64,000 nt of DNA from Macrostomum lignano (Eukaryota). Both the position numbers and the translations under genes were made by a program. This document shows positions 51,101 through 64,000 of this stretch, piece after piece (position 1 is the first letter of the stretch; each line of letters begins with the position of its first letter). The stretch spans positions 84,490-148,489 of the forward strand of contig NIVC01002705.1 of NCBI GenBank assembly GCA_002269645.1, given 5' to 3'. The notes under the pieces were generated by a model. The model was not told the origin of the DNA. It did no database searches and worked only from the letters and a program-made list of their open reading frames with translations.

Positions 51101-52799
51101 AGTGATTTACCACTACCCCCATTGATCTTTCAGTGATCTACCACTGCTCCTACTAATCCTTCAGTCAGTGATCTGCCACTGCCCGCTACTGACCCTTCAG
51201 TCAGTGATCTGCCACTGCCCGCCAGCCATGCCCCCAAACTCACCAGAATCGAACACCCCAGCGTGAGCGGCCAGCAGTTCGAGAATTCTCGGATTGGACA
51301 GCAGCTGGAATCCGCCAGGCTGATAAGACATCAACAGGCAGGCATTGATGGCAAAGTCAACTTCGTTTGGCAGTCCGCACAGCAGCGCCTTCTCCATGGA
51401 AGCCAATTCTGTGGAGTCAACTAAATCGCAGGACAAGCCCCACTGCTCGCGCATATGCGCTGCCAGTATGTGGCTCTGCACATTGTAGACAGCTGGACAG
51501 GCCAGTTCGCCTGGTACAGCGGTGCCAGCAGCCGCCGCAGCCGCAACCGCCGCGGCATTGGAGGTCTCCGATGCGAAACTCTGCGAACGCTTAACTCGAG
51601 ACGACATCGACATCGACATTGACGATTCGGCGTCGTTGCTATCTTCGTCGTAGGCGGGGCGGACAAAGCCGGACAGATCTTTGTCCGGTTCGTGCTGGTG
51701 ATGCTGCTGATGCCGTTCGAAGGGCTCCAGATAGCGCAGGTACACTTGTCTAATAGCCATCTCTGCGTTGGCGCAGTACTTGTACAGGCCCATGGACTCC
51801 AGGACACGGTACCAGTCCTCTGCATCGTTCACCTGATATTAGATAATGAAACAATGAGAAAACATGATGGATATTGGATAATAAAAGTTCATTGTCATCT
51901 GAATTAGCTGATGACCTAATTTAAAGCGGGATTCTGTCCGGATAATGGGACACTTCGCCCCTATTGGGGGCAAAGGGGAGGTGCCGAGTTGCAGAGAAGA
52001 TAAATGGGAGGCTGGGAGATTCTATAAAAGAATTCTGTAGTAGACTGGGCCTTTCGGGCGATTCAGGCAGCCCCCCCCCCATCGAAGGTCCTGCCCGACG
52101 TTGAGAAACTCAGAGCCCTGTGTGGGTCGTCTTGTCGCTACGCACACAGGGACGGATCTCTGGGGGAGGGGGTCAAGGGGGTCCCGCTGTCCGAGACACT
52201 TAAAAAGATTCTACCATATATTTATGGGCCTATATATCTAAGTTCTGCCACTTAAAAAGCGACCCCCACACAGTCATGCAAACGCGTGAATTCAAATAAC
52301 GCTACCAACTCACCCGTCTGTAGCCGCCAAGAGACGCTACCGTATTATACAGGCGCAGAAAGTCGACCCGTCTGCCAAGCACCACCGGTGCGTGCAGGAA
52401 GGGTGTTCTAAAAATAGTTTTGTTGAACAAAAATGATTATTTAACCAAGTACAGCTTAGGTCAGAAGTACAGGAGGGACGGCGGCGGCGGCGGCGGAGCA
52501 AGCGGTGGGAAGCCCCGGAGCCGGTCAAGAAGTTATTCAATTTATGATTACATATTAGTACCATAAGCCTCACGGATTCGCCAACAGTATTTAGCGATAG
52601 TGCACTTACAGGCATACACGGGGAGAAATCAGTGTCAATCAGAAGGTATATTTTCAACATTTCAATTTGTTACTCACTTTCGAGCGTAATGAAAATCCCT
52701 CAACTTCGTGGCGAATGCGTGCCGATCCTGTTCTGTTGCCATAGCAACTGGTTCGATTGTCGACGCCGAAGACGCGGCGGCGAGTTTGCGTTTACTCAT
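45138..52799 (-). CDS. ARID2: AT-rich interaction domain 2 (BAF200, PBAF subunit), 1085 aa
   Basis: Exons 52799-52678, 52407-52314, 51832-51244, 48977-48913, 48805-48370, 47631-46953, 46410-45138; all GT-AG, phases match, 3258 nt. N-terminal ARID domain, GLPNEVDFAINACLL, two C2H2 fingers, C-terminal EGPVTKHIRLTAAL. Confidence 0.95.
46545..46905. repeat. 18-23-bp minisatellite (GATTCTCACGCCTAATTA[GATGA])n filling ARID2 intron 6
   Basis: Read directly. Confidence 0.93.
47850..48280. repeat. About 51-bp minisatellite in ARID2 intron 5
   Basis: Unit TTGACCTCCTACATGGCTCCCCATCTCAAATGCCAGGGGCCGCTGACCCC. Confidence 0.92.
49105..51220. repeat. 31-bp minisatellite (CTGATCCTTCAGTGATCTGCCACTGC[C/T]CCCA)n, 2.1 kb, filling ARID2 intron 3
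   Basis: About 68 units read directly. Confidence 0.97.
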
Positions 52800-55297
52800 C
52801 GGGGCTTGACTGGACAAGGGGAGAAAGCAAAATTTCTAAACTAGATTTTTAAATTGCTGGTAAACGGTAAGAGTAACTATGATCATCTTAACATACGTAA
52901 ATGCCTCGTCATCTAACTAGCTGTACGTAAATCTTATTAGTACAATAGTGCTGTTTTTTTAAACAAACCGCGCATCACTAAGATCTGCTAGGTGCGACTG
53001 ACAAACTTTTTTATCCATTCAGTATAATAAGGAGCTTGGCCACCTCAAAGCAAAGCGGTGGCTGCAAAAATTGCACCTCGCAGAAGTAAGCGAGACGCGC
53101 ATGGTCGCAATGACCAAAGTTATAAATATGGGGTAGGCAATCTTGTCCTCGGTAGGTCCTCATCAGACAAGTTGACTCCCCTGGCAAAGACGGTAAAGAG
53201 CTTCCTAGCAAAGTTCCGGCCAACTTCAAATATGAAAATATTTAAGGGCCTATTAATTGAAACCTCATTTTCATAAAATAAATCATTTTTGGCTGAAATT
53301 CTTCTTGAGAATTTTCGGACAGTATGCAACAGCCACACTATACGCGTTTTAGCATTGCCAACAAACTGCTTGATTGGGAAATTCTGCTTTTAACACCTGT
53401 CTATTAGTGTGCCAGTAGATTGAAGACTTCAAATTCAAATAAGCGATCAGATTCAGACTTGTAGAAAAAACTAGACTACTATTATTTGATAGAAAATTCG
53501 GTAGACTATACAGTAGACTATATTTTTGTATTTGTAAGATTTAATGTCCATAATAGCTAATGATATCAGTATTACAGTGTTCAATCAACTTTCCTACCTC
53601 TTCAAAGCTAAAAATAAAATTACTACACTGCCGCCGCGTGTTGGGCAAGCCGCCCAACTACTAAAACTGTGTTCGTGTTGTACAAATTTGCGCTGTTATA
53701 CTGTAAATCTAATTTATCCTAAATTTAACAGAATATCCACACAAGTCGAATAATAATATTAGAAGTTAGAACTGCACTTAAAATAAAAACTTACCGATTG
53801 TGCCGAATTCGATTTGAATCGAATCTCTTTGCGAAAGACGGTTTGTTTTAAAACAGAGTTTTGCAGTTTGCATCCATCTACATGTATGCGTAGCTAAGGA
53901 AAAAACAAAAAAGCTACTTATCAAAAAAGCAAGTAAATCTTCCAAGTAAAAATTGCTACTCGCAAGCTGGGATTTCGACACGATCTTGTATGAATGAATC
54001 CTGTCAATTTATAAGCACACAAAATGCTTCAGTAGAAGAAAAAATATTAGCCTGTATAATTCAGGCTTGATTCCAGCCAGAGAGTGTGGCCGGCCTTGCT
54101 GAGGTGGGTGTGTGGAAATCAGCCAGTCCAAGGCTGTGTCCCGGGCGCGTATAGGGTGAAGGAGGTACACAGGCCACTGAATAAGCGAGTGTTGCACACA
54201 GGCTGACTGGCCTCGTTGGCTGTATCTGCTAAGTCTGAACACCGCGTATGAGACTAAAGCAACGGCTTTAGCTAGGAGGACAGAACTAGCTGTGTGGCTT
54301 GACTGAATCTTTCTCTGCTTCTCTTTTCGTGTGCGCAGCAGAGGCTAGCAGAAAGCCTAGCTAGTCGCTAGATAGGAAATAGGCGGTTTCTCCGCTAGGG
54401 CTTTAGACTCTGGGTGAATATGGCTTGGTCCTATACTACTGCCCTGCTTTCCTTTCTATCGAGGTTCTGCCTTCCCTCTCTGTCCCCAATCGTTCTCCAG
54501 TCCTTCGTCTGTACAGTGGGGGACGGACGCGGAGTGGGGTGGGTAAATGCTATGGAGAGGGGCGCGAACGAATGAGCGGGCGGGTGAGGAAGGAACAGGA
54601 ACAGATAGACTGAATGGAACAGGGCTGGGTTGGAGGGTAGGTAGTGAGTCAAATGGAAAGGCTTGCTATTGATTACTCACGGGCGTATATACAAATGCAA
54701 GGGCATGGAATGAATTTAAAGGAAAAAGAACCCTAACTAAAATGGCATTGCGTTTTTCTAGGCTAGGCCAAAGAAAGGTTGATCGATTCACTTCACTTGC
54801 CTGTTAGTAGCATGATAGGGTTAAATAAAAGTCGTAAGAAAGCTAACTATACACCAGTGTAATTTGGTATGGTCGATGAATAAAGACTCACCAAAACTAC
54901 TGAGTAATTGAAAATCCAAGAAAAAAACTCAGCTTAGTCTTCAGCTTAGGATTATGGAGAGTGATTAGATAAAACAACAGCTTTGATAAGACTGGACAGC
55001 TTGTATGGAAAAGAAAAGTTAGCTTCAAAGATTGTCGGGCCAGAACCATAGACTAAAGAACTTCACAATTGATAGAATGATTTTGAATATCGATTGGCGG
55101 TAGAATGGCCATAGATTTTTCGGGATAGCATCTACAGTTACATGTCGGCATTGGAATTTTATTCGGTTCTTAATCTGTTGGTTTGGCCATAGCTAGAACA
55201 TAAAGCTTGTAACTAGTAGCTAATCTGCAGACTGACCTATTTTTCTTTAGGATTGATAGTTGTGGCCATAGTTAAATATAGAATGCCAAATATAGAA

Positions 55298-55479
55298 CGC
55301 AGCTGAAGCCGATTTTACAAAGATCTACTTTTGGCCATAGACTCAGCACCTTGAGTCTGCAGTGCTGTTTTCTTCACTGAAAGAGGCTTGCAGTGCCACA
55401 ATAAAAGCTGCATGAGCTGTCATAGTCTATGGGCCAAAATTAGATGCCCCGCCGATCGGTAAAATCGGCTTCAGCTGCG
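55298..55479. mobile_element. About 180-bp MITE
   Basis: Perfect 21-bp inverted repeat CGCAGCTGAAGCCGATTTTAC (55298-55318, 55459-55479) plus inner inverted TTTTGGCC[C]ATAGACT. Confidence 0.7.
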
Positions 55480-55542
55480 AAGGCTGCTTTGGAATTTTAT
55501 ATTTAGCTAGATAATTTAGTATTCTTATAAGGTTATATCTTA

Positions 55543-56161
55543 CACTCAGCAACATTGAAAAGTGTCCACGTCTGCACAAAAGGCTACACTAGCTGAACGA
55601 TTAATAGGGATTGAAGAGTTCTTCAACTATGTTTGGGCCATAGACAATCAAAATAAGGCAACAAAGAATGAACAGCGAAACAAGTCCATGCCCATTTCCA
55701 CGCTGTGTACATGTCTAAAGCATAGCCATTATCATGGGTATAGATAGCAACCACAGCATCCAACAGACCGCTCACTCGTCGAGTCATTCCCAAACAAGGC
55801 GCCGCAGAAAGTCTTGTGGAAGCTGTTGCCACGCGACTGAAAGCGCATTGCGCAGCTGGACCATGTTCTGGGGGATAGAGATTGTTACAACTACTCGTGC
55901 GCTTCAGGAAATCCCACACGTGCTCAATCGGGTTCATATCCGGTGATCATGGACGGCCAACGCAAAGTGCGCCAATCAGTCATTTGGCGGACTATCGTTG
56001 TCACCAGATATGACATATGACACCAGATATCGGTCTTTACTTTCCTGCCCTTTTTTGCTCATTTGTCTATATGGCCCAAAACCAATTGGCAAAACCATCG
56101 ATTGTGCTGCCCATGGACCCTTGGCGCAAGTAGGGTGGGAACTTTTAAATGTTGCTGAGTG
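55543..56161 (-). mobile_element. Internally deleted Tc1-family transposon (619 bp)
   Basis: TA TSDs (55541-55542, 56162-56163); about 27-bp TIR CACTCAGCAACATT[G/T]AAAAGT; frameshifted WPS.SPDMNPIEHVWDFLKR transposase motif. Confidence 0.9.
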
Positions 56162-57300
56162 TACTTCCAATTCATGCCCAAGATCATATATACAGAATAT
56201 ACAGGGTACACTCCCGTGTGAGTGTGCGTATGACTGCGTACGTATCAAGGACCACTGTATATAGCAGAACTTAAAACTCAAAGATCGTGTAAATTTTAGG
56301 TCGATTTCCTGTAAAAAATACACGTACACTGCGGAGATAGAAAATAATTTTTTCATATCCGTGCGCTTGTCTGCCTGCTCAGGGGAGTCGGCGGAATGGG
56401 CAGGCAGTAATGCCTCTCGCCGGTTGTGACAAAGTCGCTTAAAGTGCACCAGGGTGCACAGCTAGAGCTCCCCTACCTCTAATAAAAAACGCGAATGCGA
56501 CCCGTCACCGCCTACTGCTTAATAAAAGAACAAACAATCAGAAACTAAGTCGCTATTTATTAATTATTCGATGAGGAAAACAAACGCGATTTTAAGTATT
56601 TTATTATATTGTTTCGGCTATTTTAATCGTATAAGTGGGGTAAGATTGAAGCAAATAATAATAATAATAATAATAACTAACAAAGCTCATTCACTATTAG
56701 ATAGACTTAAAATATTTATGAAACATTCAGTGCCTGTTGCTGCTATCAAAGAAAAATCGGCAGCGAGTTGAAAACAATAATTAGCAAACATAAATATATA
56801 AATCAGCAAAATGTTGAAAAAGTTTTCTATAATGAATAAAATAGCTGATGACATGCCAAGCTTGATCTGTATTGCGACTAAATAAATCAACAAAACTTCA
56901 GACTGTTGGGTAAGAAAGCTTCTTTAAGAGAAATACCTCTAAATTTACCGGTATTTAAAAAGTGCGTCACTAATAACAATAGACAGCTTTGAAATTGTGC
57001 ACCGCCTGTGAATATGAAAATCGGTGTTTTTATAGCATTTTTTTCTTTAGACTTATTTTTAGGAAACTCGACAGTGGACAGTTACAGTTGGGCAAATAGT
57101 TGTAAGGGAATTCGAGATGCCAAAGATAACTGGCTATCTATTTATTATACCAAACAGGATGAACAGGACAGGTGGGAAATAAACAGCAAGCGGAGTCTAA
57201 GGAACACCAAACACCCAACAAGACAAAAGCTGGACAAAAACCGCGATTAAAAAATCCAATCAACACGGACGCATTCCGTGTCCAGCGCTCATCTTCCGCT

Positions 57301-60300
57301 TCACTTCATCGCGTCAACGCGAGCCTCAACGCGGTCGAGCTCGGATCGCAGCACGGGCGGAATGTCGTCGCCCACCTGCTCCTCGAGGTAGCGCCTAGTC
57401 TCGTGGATGTCGCTCTTCCAGTAGTCAGGCGGGATGCTGAACAGCTCCTTCCAGTTGATGTTCAGGCCATCCGTGTTGATGCTGCCCTCCTTGGGCACCA
57501 GGCCGACAGCGGTTGGCTCGGCGATGTCCTCGCCGTCGACGCGGCGCATCATCCAGTCCAGGACGCGGATGTTCTCGCCAAAGCCTGGCCAGAGAAATTT
57601 TTCGTTTTGATCCTTGCGGAACCAGTTGACGTGGAAGATCTTTGGCATCTTGCGGCCGGGCTTCTCCATGTCTAGCCAATGCTGCAGGTACTTGCCGAAG
57701 TTGTAGCCAAGGAACGGTCGCATCGCCATGGGGTCGTGCATGATCTGCTTGCCCTTGAACTCCGCGGCGGCCGTGGCCTCTGACTTCACCTGAAATAATC
57801 AATTATTAATTATTATCAATTATTAATCATGCTTTCTAATCATCAAACATAAGCGTTTTTTCGTTAGACCAGGGGTCGGCAAACTCCGGTCCACGAAGTC
57901 TCTCTATCCAGAACTCGGGTCCTATGAAACATCACAATGGCGATCCAGTCCGCTTAAGGTCACAGCTCTCTTACTTTCTCTCTCCGAGTGCATGAGTAAG
58001 ACGTCTAGAATAGTGGCTACGAGGTCTGCAATAAGCCTAATCAACTCACTTGAGCGCCAAGGAAAACGCCGTGCTTCCAGTCCTCGGCCTCGATGACCAG
58101 CGGCACGCCTTCGGGCCGGCGACCGCCGAAGATGATGCCAGAGATGGGCACTCCGGCCGGGTCCTCCCATTTGGGATGCATGATTGGGCAGTTCTTAGCC
58201 GGGGCGGTAAAACGCGAGTTCGGATGCGAGGATGGATAATTCTCCTTGCTGCCAATCTTGTAGGGCTTGCCTAGCCAAGTAGTGATTGGGATGTCCTTAT
58301 CGACTTCGTCTTCCAGGCCCTCCCAGAAGTAGCCGCCGTCGGCTGTCTCGGCCACGTTAGTGAGAATGCAGTCGCGCTGCAGGGCGGCCATGGCGTTGGG
58401 GTTGGTCTGGTGGTTGGTGCCGGGGGCGACGCCGAAGAAGCCGTTCTCCGGGTTGATAGCCATCAGCTGGCCGTCTTTGTTGAACCGCATCCAGGCTATG
58501 TCGTCTCCAACACAGCGCACAGTGTAGCCGGGCAGGGTAGGCTGAATCATGGCCAAGTTGGTCTTGCCGCAGGCGGACGGGAACGCGGCAACGAAGAATT
58601 TTTCAACACCCTTAGGATTGGTGACGCTCATAATTAGCATGTGCTCGGCCATCCAGCCTTCGTCGTAGGCAATTCGGCCGGCAATGCGAAGGGCGAAGCA
58701 CTTCTTGCCTAGCAGGGAGTTGCCGCCGTAGCCGGACCCGTAGCTAACCACCATCCGATCGTCTGGCATATGGGCGATGATCACCTTCTCGGGGTTGCCT
58801 AAGGTTGCAAATAAAATAATCGTCTTTGCAACACAATGTCTTTGTGAAAAATGTGATTTACGTAACTTTTTTGCTTACTGTAACCGCAGATCTAGAACTA
58901 GAATAGCTAGATGGGCCACTCAGCACATTTGCGTGTGAGCTACTTTTAGTTTTAGTACCCTCCAATAACTAAATTAACTATGGAGGGATTATTAGTAATT
59001 TAGTTTTAGAGGAGAGAAGAAACAGGAGTGGAGAGAGGAGAAAGGATAGGAGAGAGGAGAGGAGAGAAGGGAGTGGAGAGAGGAGAAAGGATAGGAGAGA
59101 GGAGAGGAGAGAAGTAGAGAGGAGAAGATAGAAGAGGAGAGAAGCGAGACGAGAGGAAAGATTCGACTAGGGAGCTGAGAAGAGACACAAAACTCAAGCG
59201 GGCCGGATTGCTATTGTAAAATTTCAAAGAACCCGAGGGCCGGATAGAGGCTTCACGGGCCGCATGTGGCCCGCAGGCCGATGTTTGCTGACCTCTGTTT
59301 TACAATCTCACAAACTTTCACATTCCGTTAGATGCTAAAAACAGCGCAGGTAAAAAAAGCTAAAAACAGCCCACAAAACTTTTGTCCCCTATTGGGAATT
59401 CCTCCCCTTAATTGTCAATTTTAATGACAAATGAGTAATGAGACATGAACTGAGTGTGAGTGGCTGTTTACAAAGTCTAGACAGACAGCACATCAGTTCA
59501 AACTTCGAATAGAATAGAAATAGGGGAACTGCCGGCGAAGGAAAGTGGGGTGGTGGAGCTGGCCAACAACGGAGTACCAATGTACATTGATAGGGCTGAC
59601 TGTACAGTAGAATCGGACTTTCTTAGAATACATCCAATTGTATTAATTTTTTATATCTGGTTCTTCAGTATCGAATATTCTGGCCTGTCAGTGGCGCAAC
59701 CAGAATTTTTTTGAGGGGCGGATTTTGGAGGGTAAAGACCCCAGGGGGGGGGGGAAGGGGCGGCTCCTGTATTGTGGCAAAAATGCGTTTGGTCCTCCCT
59801 CTGATTTTCTTTAGGTCTCCGCCTAAGAGGGGGACCGCCCCCACCCCTCGGGGTGCGCCCCTGTGGGCTGTGGCCCGTGGTCTTGGACTGAAAACCTCAT
59901 CTGGCCCTTGAGTGGAGAAAGGTTGCCAACCTCTGATCCAGTGATCTAGCGCATGACTGCGGGCCAGAGGGGAGAGGAGAGGGAAGAGAGGAGAGGAGAG
60001 GGGACAGGAGAGAAGAGATAAGAGAAGAGAGAAAGAGAGCTGAGAATAGACACAAACCCGGATTGCTATAAATTGTGTGAAATTTTAAATTTCAGATAGA
60101 TAGAGAGGCTTTGCAGGCCCGCCGGTCAGAGTTTGACGACCACTGAGCTAGACACAAGATTTTAGCTGGCCTACAGGGCACTCACAACTATCATAGCGTT
60201 TGGGGGGAAGCAACTGTGTGACCCTTTCTGCCCTTGAAATGCTGCAAATGTATTTTTTTGGCTAAAAAGTAACAAGGTAGTTTAGTTGAGTACAGATACT

Positions 60301-62554
60301 GTTTATAGTATCTGTGATACTAACTAATCACTAACTAGACCAGCGACTAGTGTCCACTTGTCATTTTGTGACCCCAACTGTTTACTGTTTACTGTTTTTT
60401 TTCGTTTTGAACAGGGACTTCTAGAGCTAGCACCACTGGACTGGAAGCGAAAAATGATGCTATTTTTAGGAGTCACTGTTTTGACCCAGCTAAAAGCAAA
60501 AATATTAGTCCTAAAAATATCTTTATTACGCATTCTTATTTACGTAACTTTTTAGCAATAGGAAACTGGCAGATGGGCAAAGAACTACGTTCAAGCTTGC
60601 CATACTAAATGTAGTGGATGACGTGCAGCAAAACAAGTACGTGTATGAATAATGATATCGTAATAGTCTGGTAGGTATAAATGAGTTTTATCCATCCCGG
60701 ATCAGCAAGTCAGGATTCTGCGATCCTTACTACCAACACAGGGAGCACTGGAGATATGTAACATAAGTGACCTTACTACCTAACTAGCACAAAGTTCCTC
60801 AAAAATACAGATTTTGAGAAACTTGATCTCGTTTTAAAGCTTAATTAATTATTCACAAATGACATGAGTTTCATTAGTAGAGCAGGAGCACAAGTTTATG
60901 CGACAGGAAGTCTCAAAACTCTTTCCCAACAAAGTTGAAGGAAACTGAAATAAAGATATAAATCGATGAAATACAATCGGGAATGGTTTGATTTAAGCGC
61001 TAGCATTCTAAAATATTCGAATAACACGCATTAGTTAGCTGCAAACTTTTTATCTATTTACCCTGTACAAACCAACCCTCCCGGGTACAGGACAAGGCCA
61101 GCAACAGCCGGGCGACCTTGACGCGTTTTTTAGTCAGCCCAGGGGTAGTGCGCGAATGTACGCATATGTATGTACATTGGCTTTTATTTACCCACAGTCC
61201 GGTCTGAAGTGTTCAACCCAACCAGTTCTGACTAACTAGCAAGCGCGAAGTCTGGGGTGGGTAGAAAAAAATGACGACCTTCTTCTGAACCGAAAACAAC
61301 CGACCTTAGTTTGGTATGAATAATACACAACCCCTGGCTAAATTCCTATTCTTGATACTTAGTTCTGTCTACACCCTTTTTCCTCTGTACAAGCATATTA
61401 CACTGCGCACATTTACACTCAGCAACAGCTAAAACCCCCGCTCCCTAACTCACTGCCTGCCACTCTGCCCAAAAGTTTTTGCATGCCATCGGTGATTCAG
61501 AAATGTGCGAACTGCCGCCGCCACTGCCAGACAGATTAGCAGATTGGGGGGGGGAGTTGACGCAACACGCTGGTGGCGGTCCAATGAATCCATTGATGAG
61601 CCCATTGATGAACCCCATAGAACTGCATATCTGGGACTTGCTATCTTTGACTTTGAAACAGTTATAGGCCTACAGATAGGCGGAATGAATCCATTTGTTT
61701 CAAGCCTATATTATTATTATAGAAACAATCTACATTTAAGAACGTAAAGAACTTTTATTGTTATCAACTTAGGTTCCTATTTTAGTTATATAGAAACTAC
61801 TGAACTTACAAGACCAATGATTGACAACTCGGTAATTGACTGGACGAGGACAGCCGACGCTGTGCAGGCAGCGAACGAACTCGTTGTTGCCGAGCACGCG
61901 CCAGATATCGTGCGACACGCGCGTCATCAAGCGCATGCACAGCACAACATAGTTGGAGTCGGTGAGTTCGACGCCAATCTTAGACAATGGCGAGCCAATA
62001 GGACCCATGGAGAATGGGATCACGTACATCATGCGGCCTGCAAATTGGTTGGGTTTGGCGTCATCTCTACACTGTGCACTGATATCTGAAATATTAATTT
62101 TATTGTATTAATAACTGACCAGCCATGCAGCCAGGAAATCGCTCTTGCATGGCGGCGTCCATATTTTCGGGACTAATCCAGTGGGCCAGCTGGGATGCAG
62201 CACCGTCTTTGGTGTGACACTCGGTGGCATAGCGATCAACTGAGCACACGACTGTGCGCGATTCAACGCGGGCAACGTCACGCGGATCAGTGCGACAGAT
62301 GTAGGTGTTGGGGTACTTAGTGAGCTTGTGCAGAGTGCCGCGCTCCATCAGCTTAGCAGTGATTTCTTCAGCTTCTTCCACAGATCCATCACAGATATAC
62401 ACGGCCTAGGCTGGCACACATCAACCCATTGGGTAACAAAATCTTGAACCTGCTTGGGCAAATACTTGAAGTCACCCTTGGCAACTGGCACATGGCCAAT
62501 ATGAGGTACAACAATCTCATGCACTTCAAAGGCTGATTCTTTTAGTCGCCACAT
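57301..62554 (-). CDS. PCK: Phosphoenolpyruvate carboxykinase (GTP), about 633 aa, with an apparent 1-nt deletion near 62403
   Basis: Exons 62554-62120, 62037-61810, 58798-58050, 57789-57301; [49 protein letters not shown]. Summed length 1901 nt is one short of a multiple of 3. Confidence 0.95.
58897..58957 (+). repeat. Dispersed about 60-bp repeat, second copy at about 12935-12993
   Basis: Shared ACTAGA...CTAGAT[A/G]GGCCACTCAGCACATTTGCGTG...GCTACTTT. Confidence 0.7.
59010..60145. mobile_element. Diverged hAT-type MITE remnants in a PEPCK intron; a left end of the same family sits at 57870
   Basis: CAGGGGTCGGCAAAC at 57870; inverted degenerate ends at 59283-59297 and 60131-60145, each preceded by a GA-rich tract and GGCCCGC motifs. 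Confidence 0.6.
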
Positions 62555-64000
62555 TCTTCTTGCTTGAGTTGATTAGATCTGTGGATATAAAGAATATCAA
62601 TAAAAATTTATTAGATTAAAAACATAAGTAATCTATAGTCTAGATTATACTCCTAGTCAAGTTAGTCTCATAGGCAAGTATAAATTAAATAAAAATTATA
62701 CGGGCCTAGTTTTTTATTCTATAAAGTGTATATAAAAATATTTTATGGTAAAAAAATAAAGTCATTTATATCAACTCATTCTATGAATTAATAAAATTGA
62801 ATACTTTATTTTATTTCCCTAAGATATTATTTTAAGTTTTTTGTGCAAAATTTAACTCTACCCTATTTCAAAAATGAAAGTAGGTTTTTTATATCTTATA
62901 TCCATAGTCTCAAAGAGGGGTGGTATGCCAGATTAATCCAACACACTCATGACTTTTGGCATACACTTGGTGAGACAACTTTTTGTAAAATCTGGTATAC
63001 ATGTTCTTGCAGTTGTAGAATCAAATTGTGAAATAAAAGTATTTAATTGGAAAGTAAGTATTTTGAGATAATGAAATAAATCTTGGCATGCATTGTTTTT
63101 CTGATGTAAAGAATATCAGCAAAAAAGTGAAACAAAGGAGCAAGAAATTTGCTGAGCTGCAAAACCAGAAATAAGGCTTGTAACAAGGCTTGTTTTTTTC
63201 TGGGATTACAATTTTGGGTTGGAAAAAGTTTGGCATACACTGGCACTGGCATACCAAAAAAATTGTAGGAGATTTTAGTCCAGCTCCAGCATACCTTCAG
63301 GGTGTTCTAAACTATGGTCTTATATATGTGCTATTTAATAGTTTGCTAATCAAATTCTATATTACTAATTCAGAAAATTAAAATTGAAAAAATGTTTCAG
63401 GCCTAATTCCGTTTTTACTGCAATTTCAATAAGTCTAAATACCAAAATTTATTAGCCGTTGGCGGTGGCCTATGAAAGCATGTTTTTCGAACAATTTAAT
63501 ATTAAGTACTTTTTATTTTAGTAGGAGTTTTAGATACCAGCCTGCTAAAGCTAACAGAATTTTTATTTTGCTTACCTAGTAGATAGTCGCGCAGGGTAGA
63601 ATTAAGCAGACGTTAGGATTAGTGTAGGATTAGTGTTACGCGTGTAATCCACTTTCAAATCGTCCGGACGAAGGCTTTGGCGGGCGCGGACGACTTTATA
63701 TATTATACCAATTTTATGTCGCAAAAAACAAAATAAATTTGAATTATTTACCCCGTTTTTATAGCACGCTGTAACTTTACCTTTACTCTATCATAAAATT
63801 GTTATTAAAAATAAGTCATATCAATTCGTCTTTTTTGTTAATATAGCATTCGTAAAAGTTATAACTATCCTGGCGAATATCTTTTCTATGCACTGATCCA
63901 GCTAGCCTGACTAGTGGAACGTAGCAGACATCAGTGGCAGTAGTCTGACATTAAAGTTCCCTTACCAAATGCCTTTTCGTCAACTATGATACATTTAAAC

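Noticed and set aside
57870-59297. One hAT element that captured PEPCK exon 3
   Set aside because: The ends are inverted but the flanking 8-mers do not match, and other right ends lie nearby; these are more likely separate MITE remnants

Overview
Eukaryotic (metazoan) genomic DNA with spliceosomal introns, GC3-rich exons and many unrelated minisatellite arrays. The style suggests a free-living flatworm such as Macrostomum, but that is an inference, not a database result. I reconstructed by hand three conserved minus-strand genes: GTP-type PEPCK (one apparent 1-nt frameshift), ARID2/BAF200, and PICK1 (with two tandem 90-nt alternative exons). On the plus strand there are a two-exon aminergic GPCR, an F-type lectin gene nested antisense in a PICK1 intron (GC-AG intron), an orphan 4-exon 450-aa gene, a 95-aa secreted Cys-rich protein and a 60-aa smORF. 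Mobile elements are a Gypsy LTR element with apparently identical LTRs, a MULE derivative with a 9-bp TSD, a deleted Tc1, a CORE-type tRNA SINE and several MITEs. The strongest candidates for new biology are (1) the LTR element, whose gag-pro-RT is inverted between intact cis signals so that its transcript should be an antisense/hairpin RNA, (2) the duplicated, probably mutually exclusive PICK1 exons, and (3) intron-private satellites that fill most large introns and sometimes copy splice donors. Most ORFs in the supplied track are artefacts of tandem repeats. No CRISPR, rRNA or true tRNA gene was seen.
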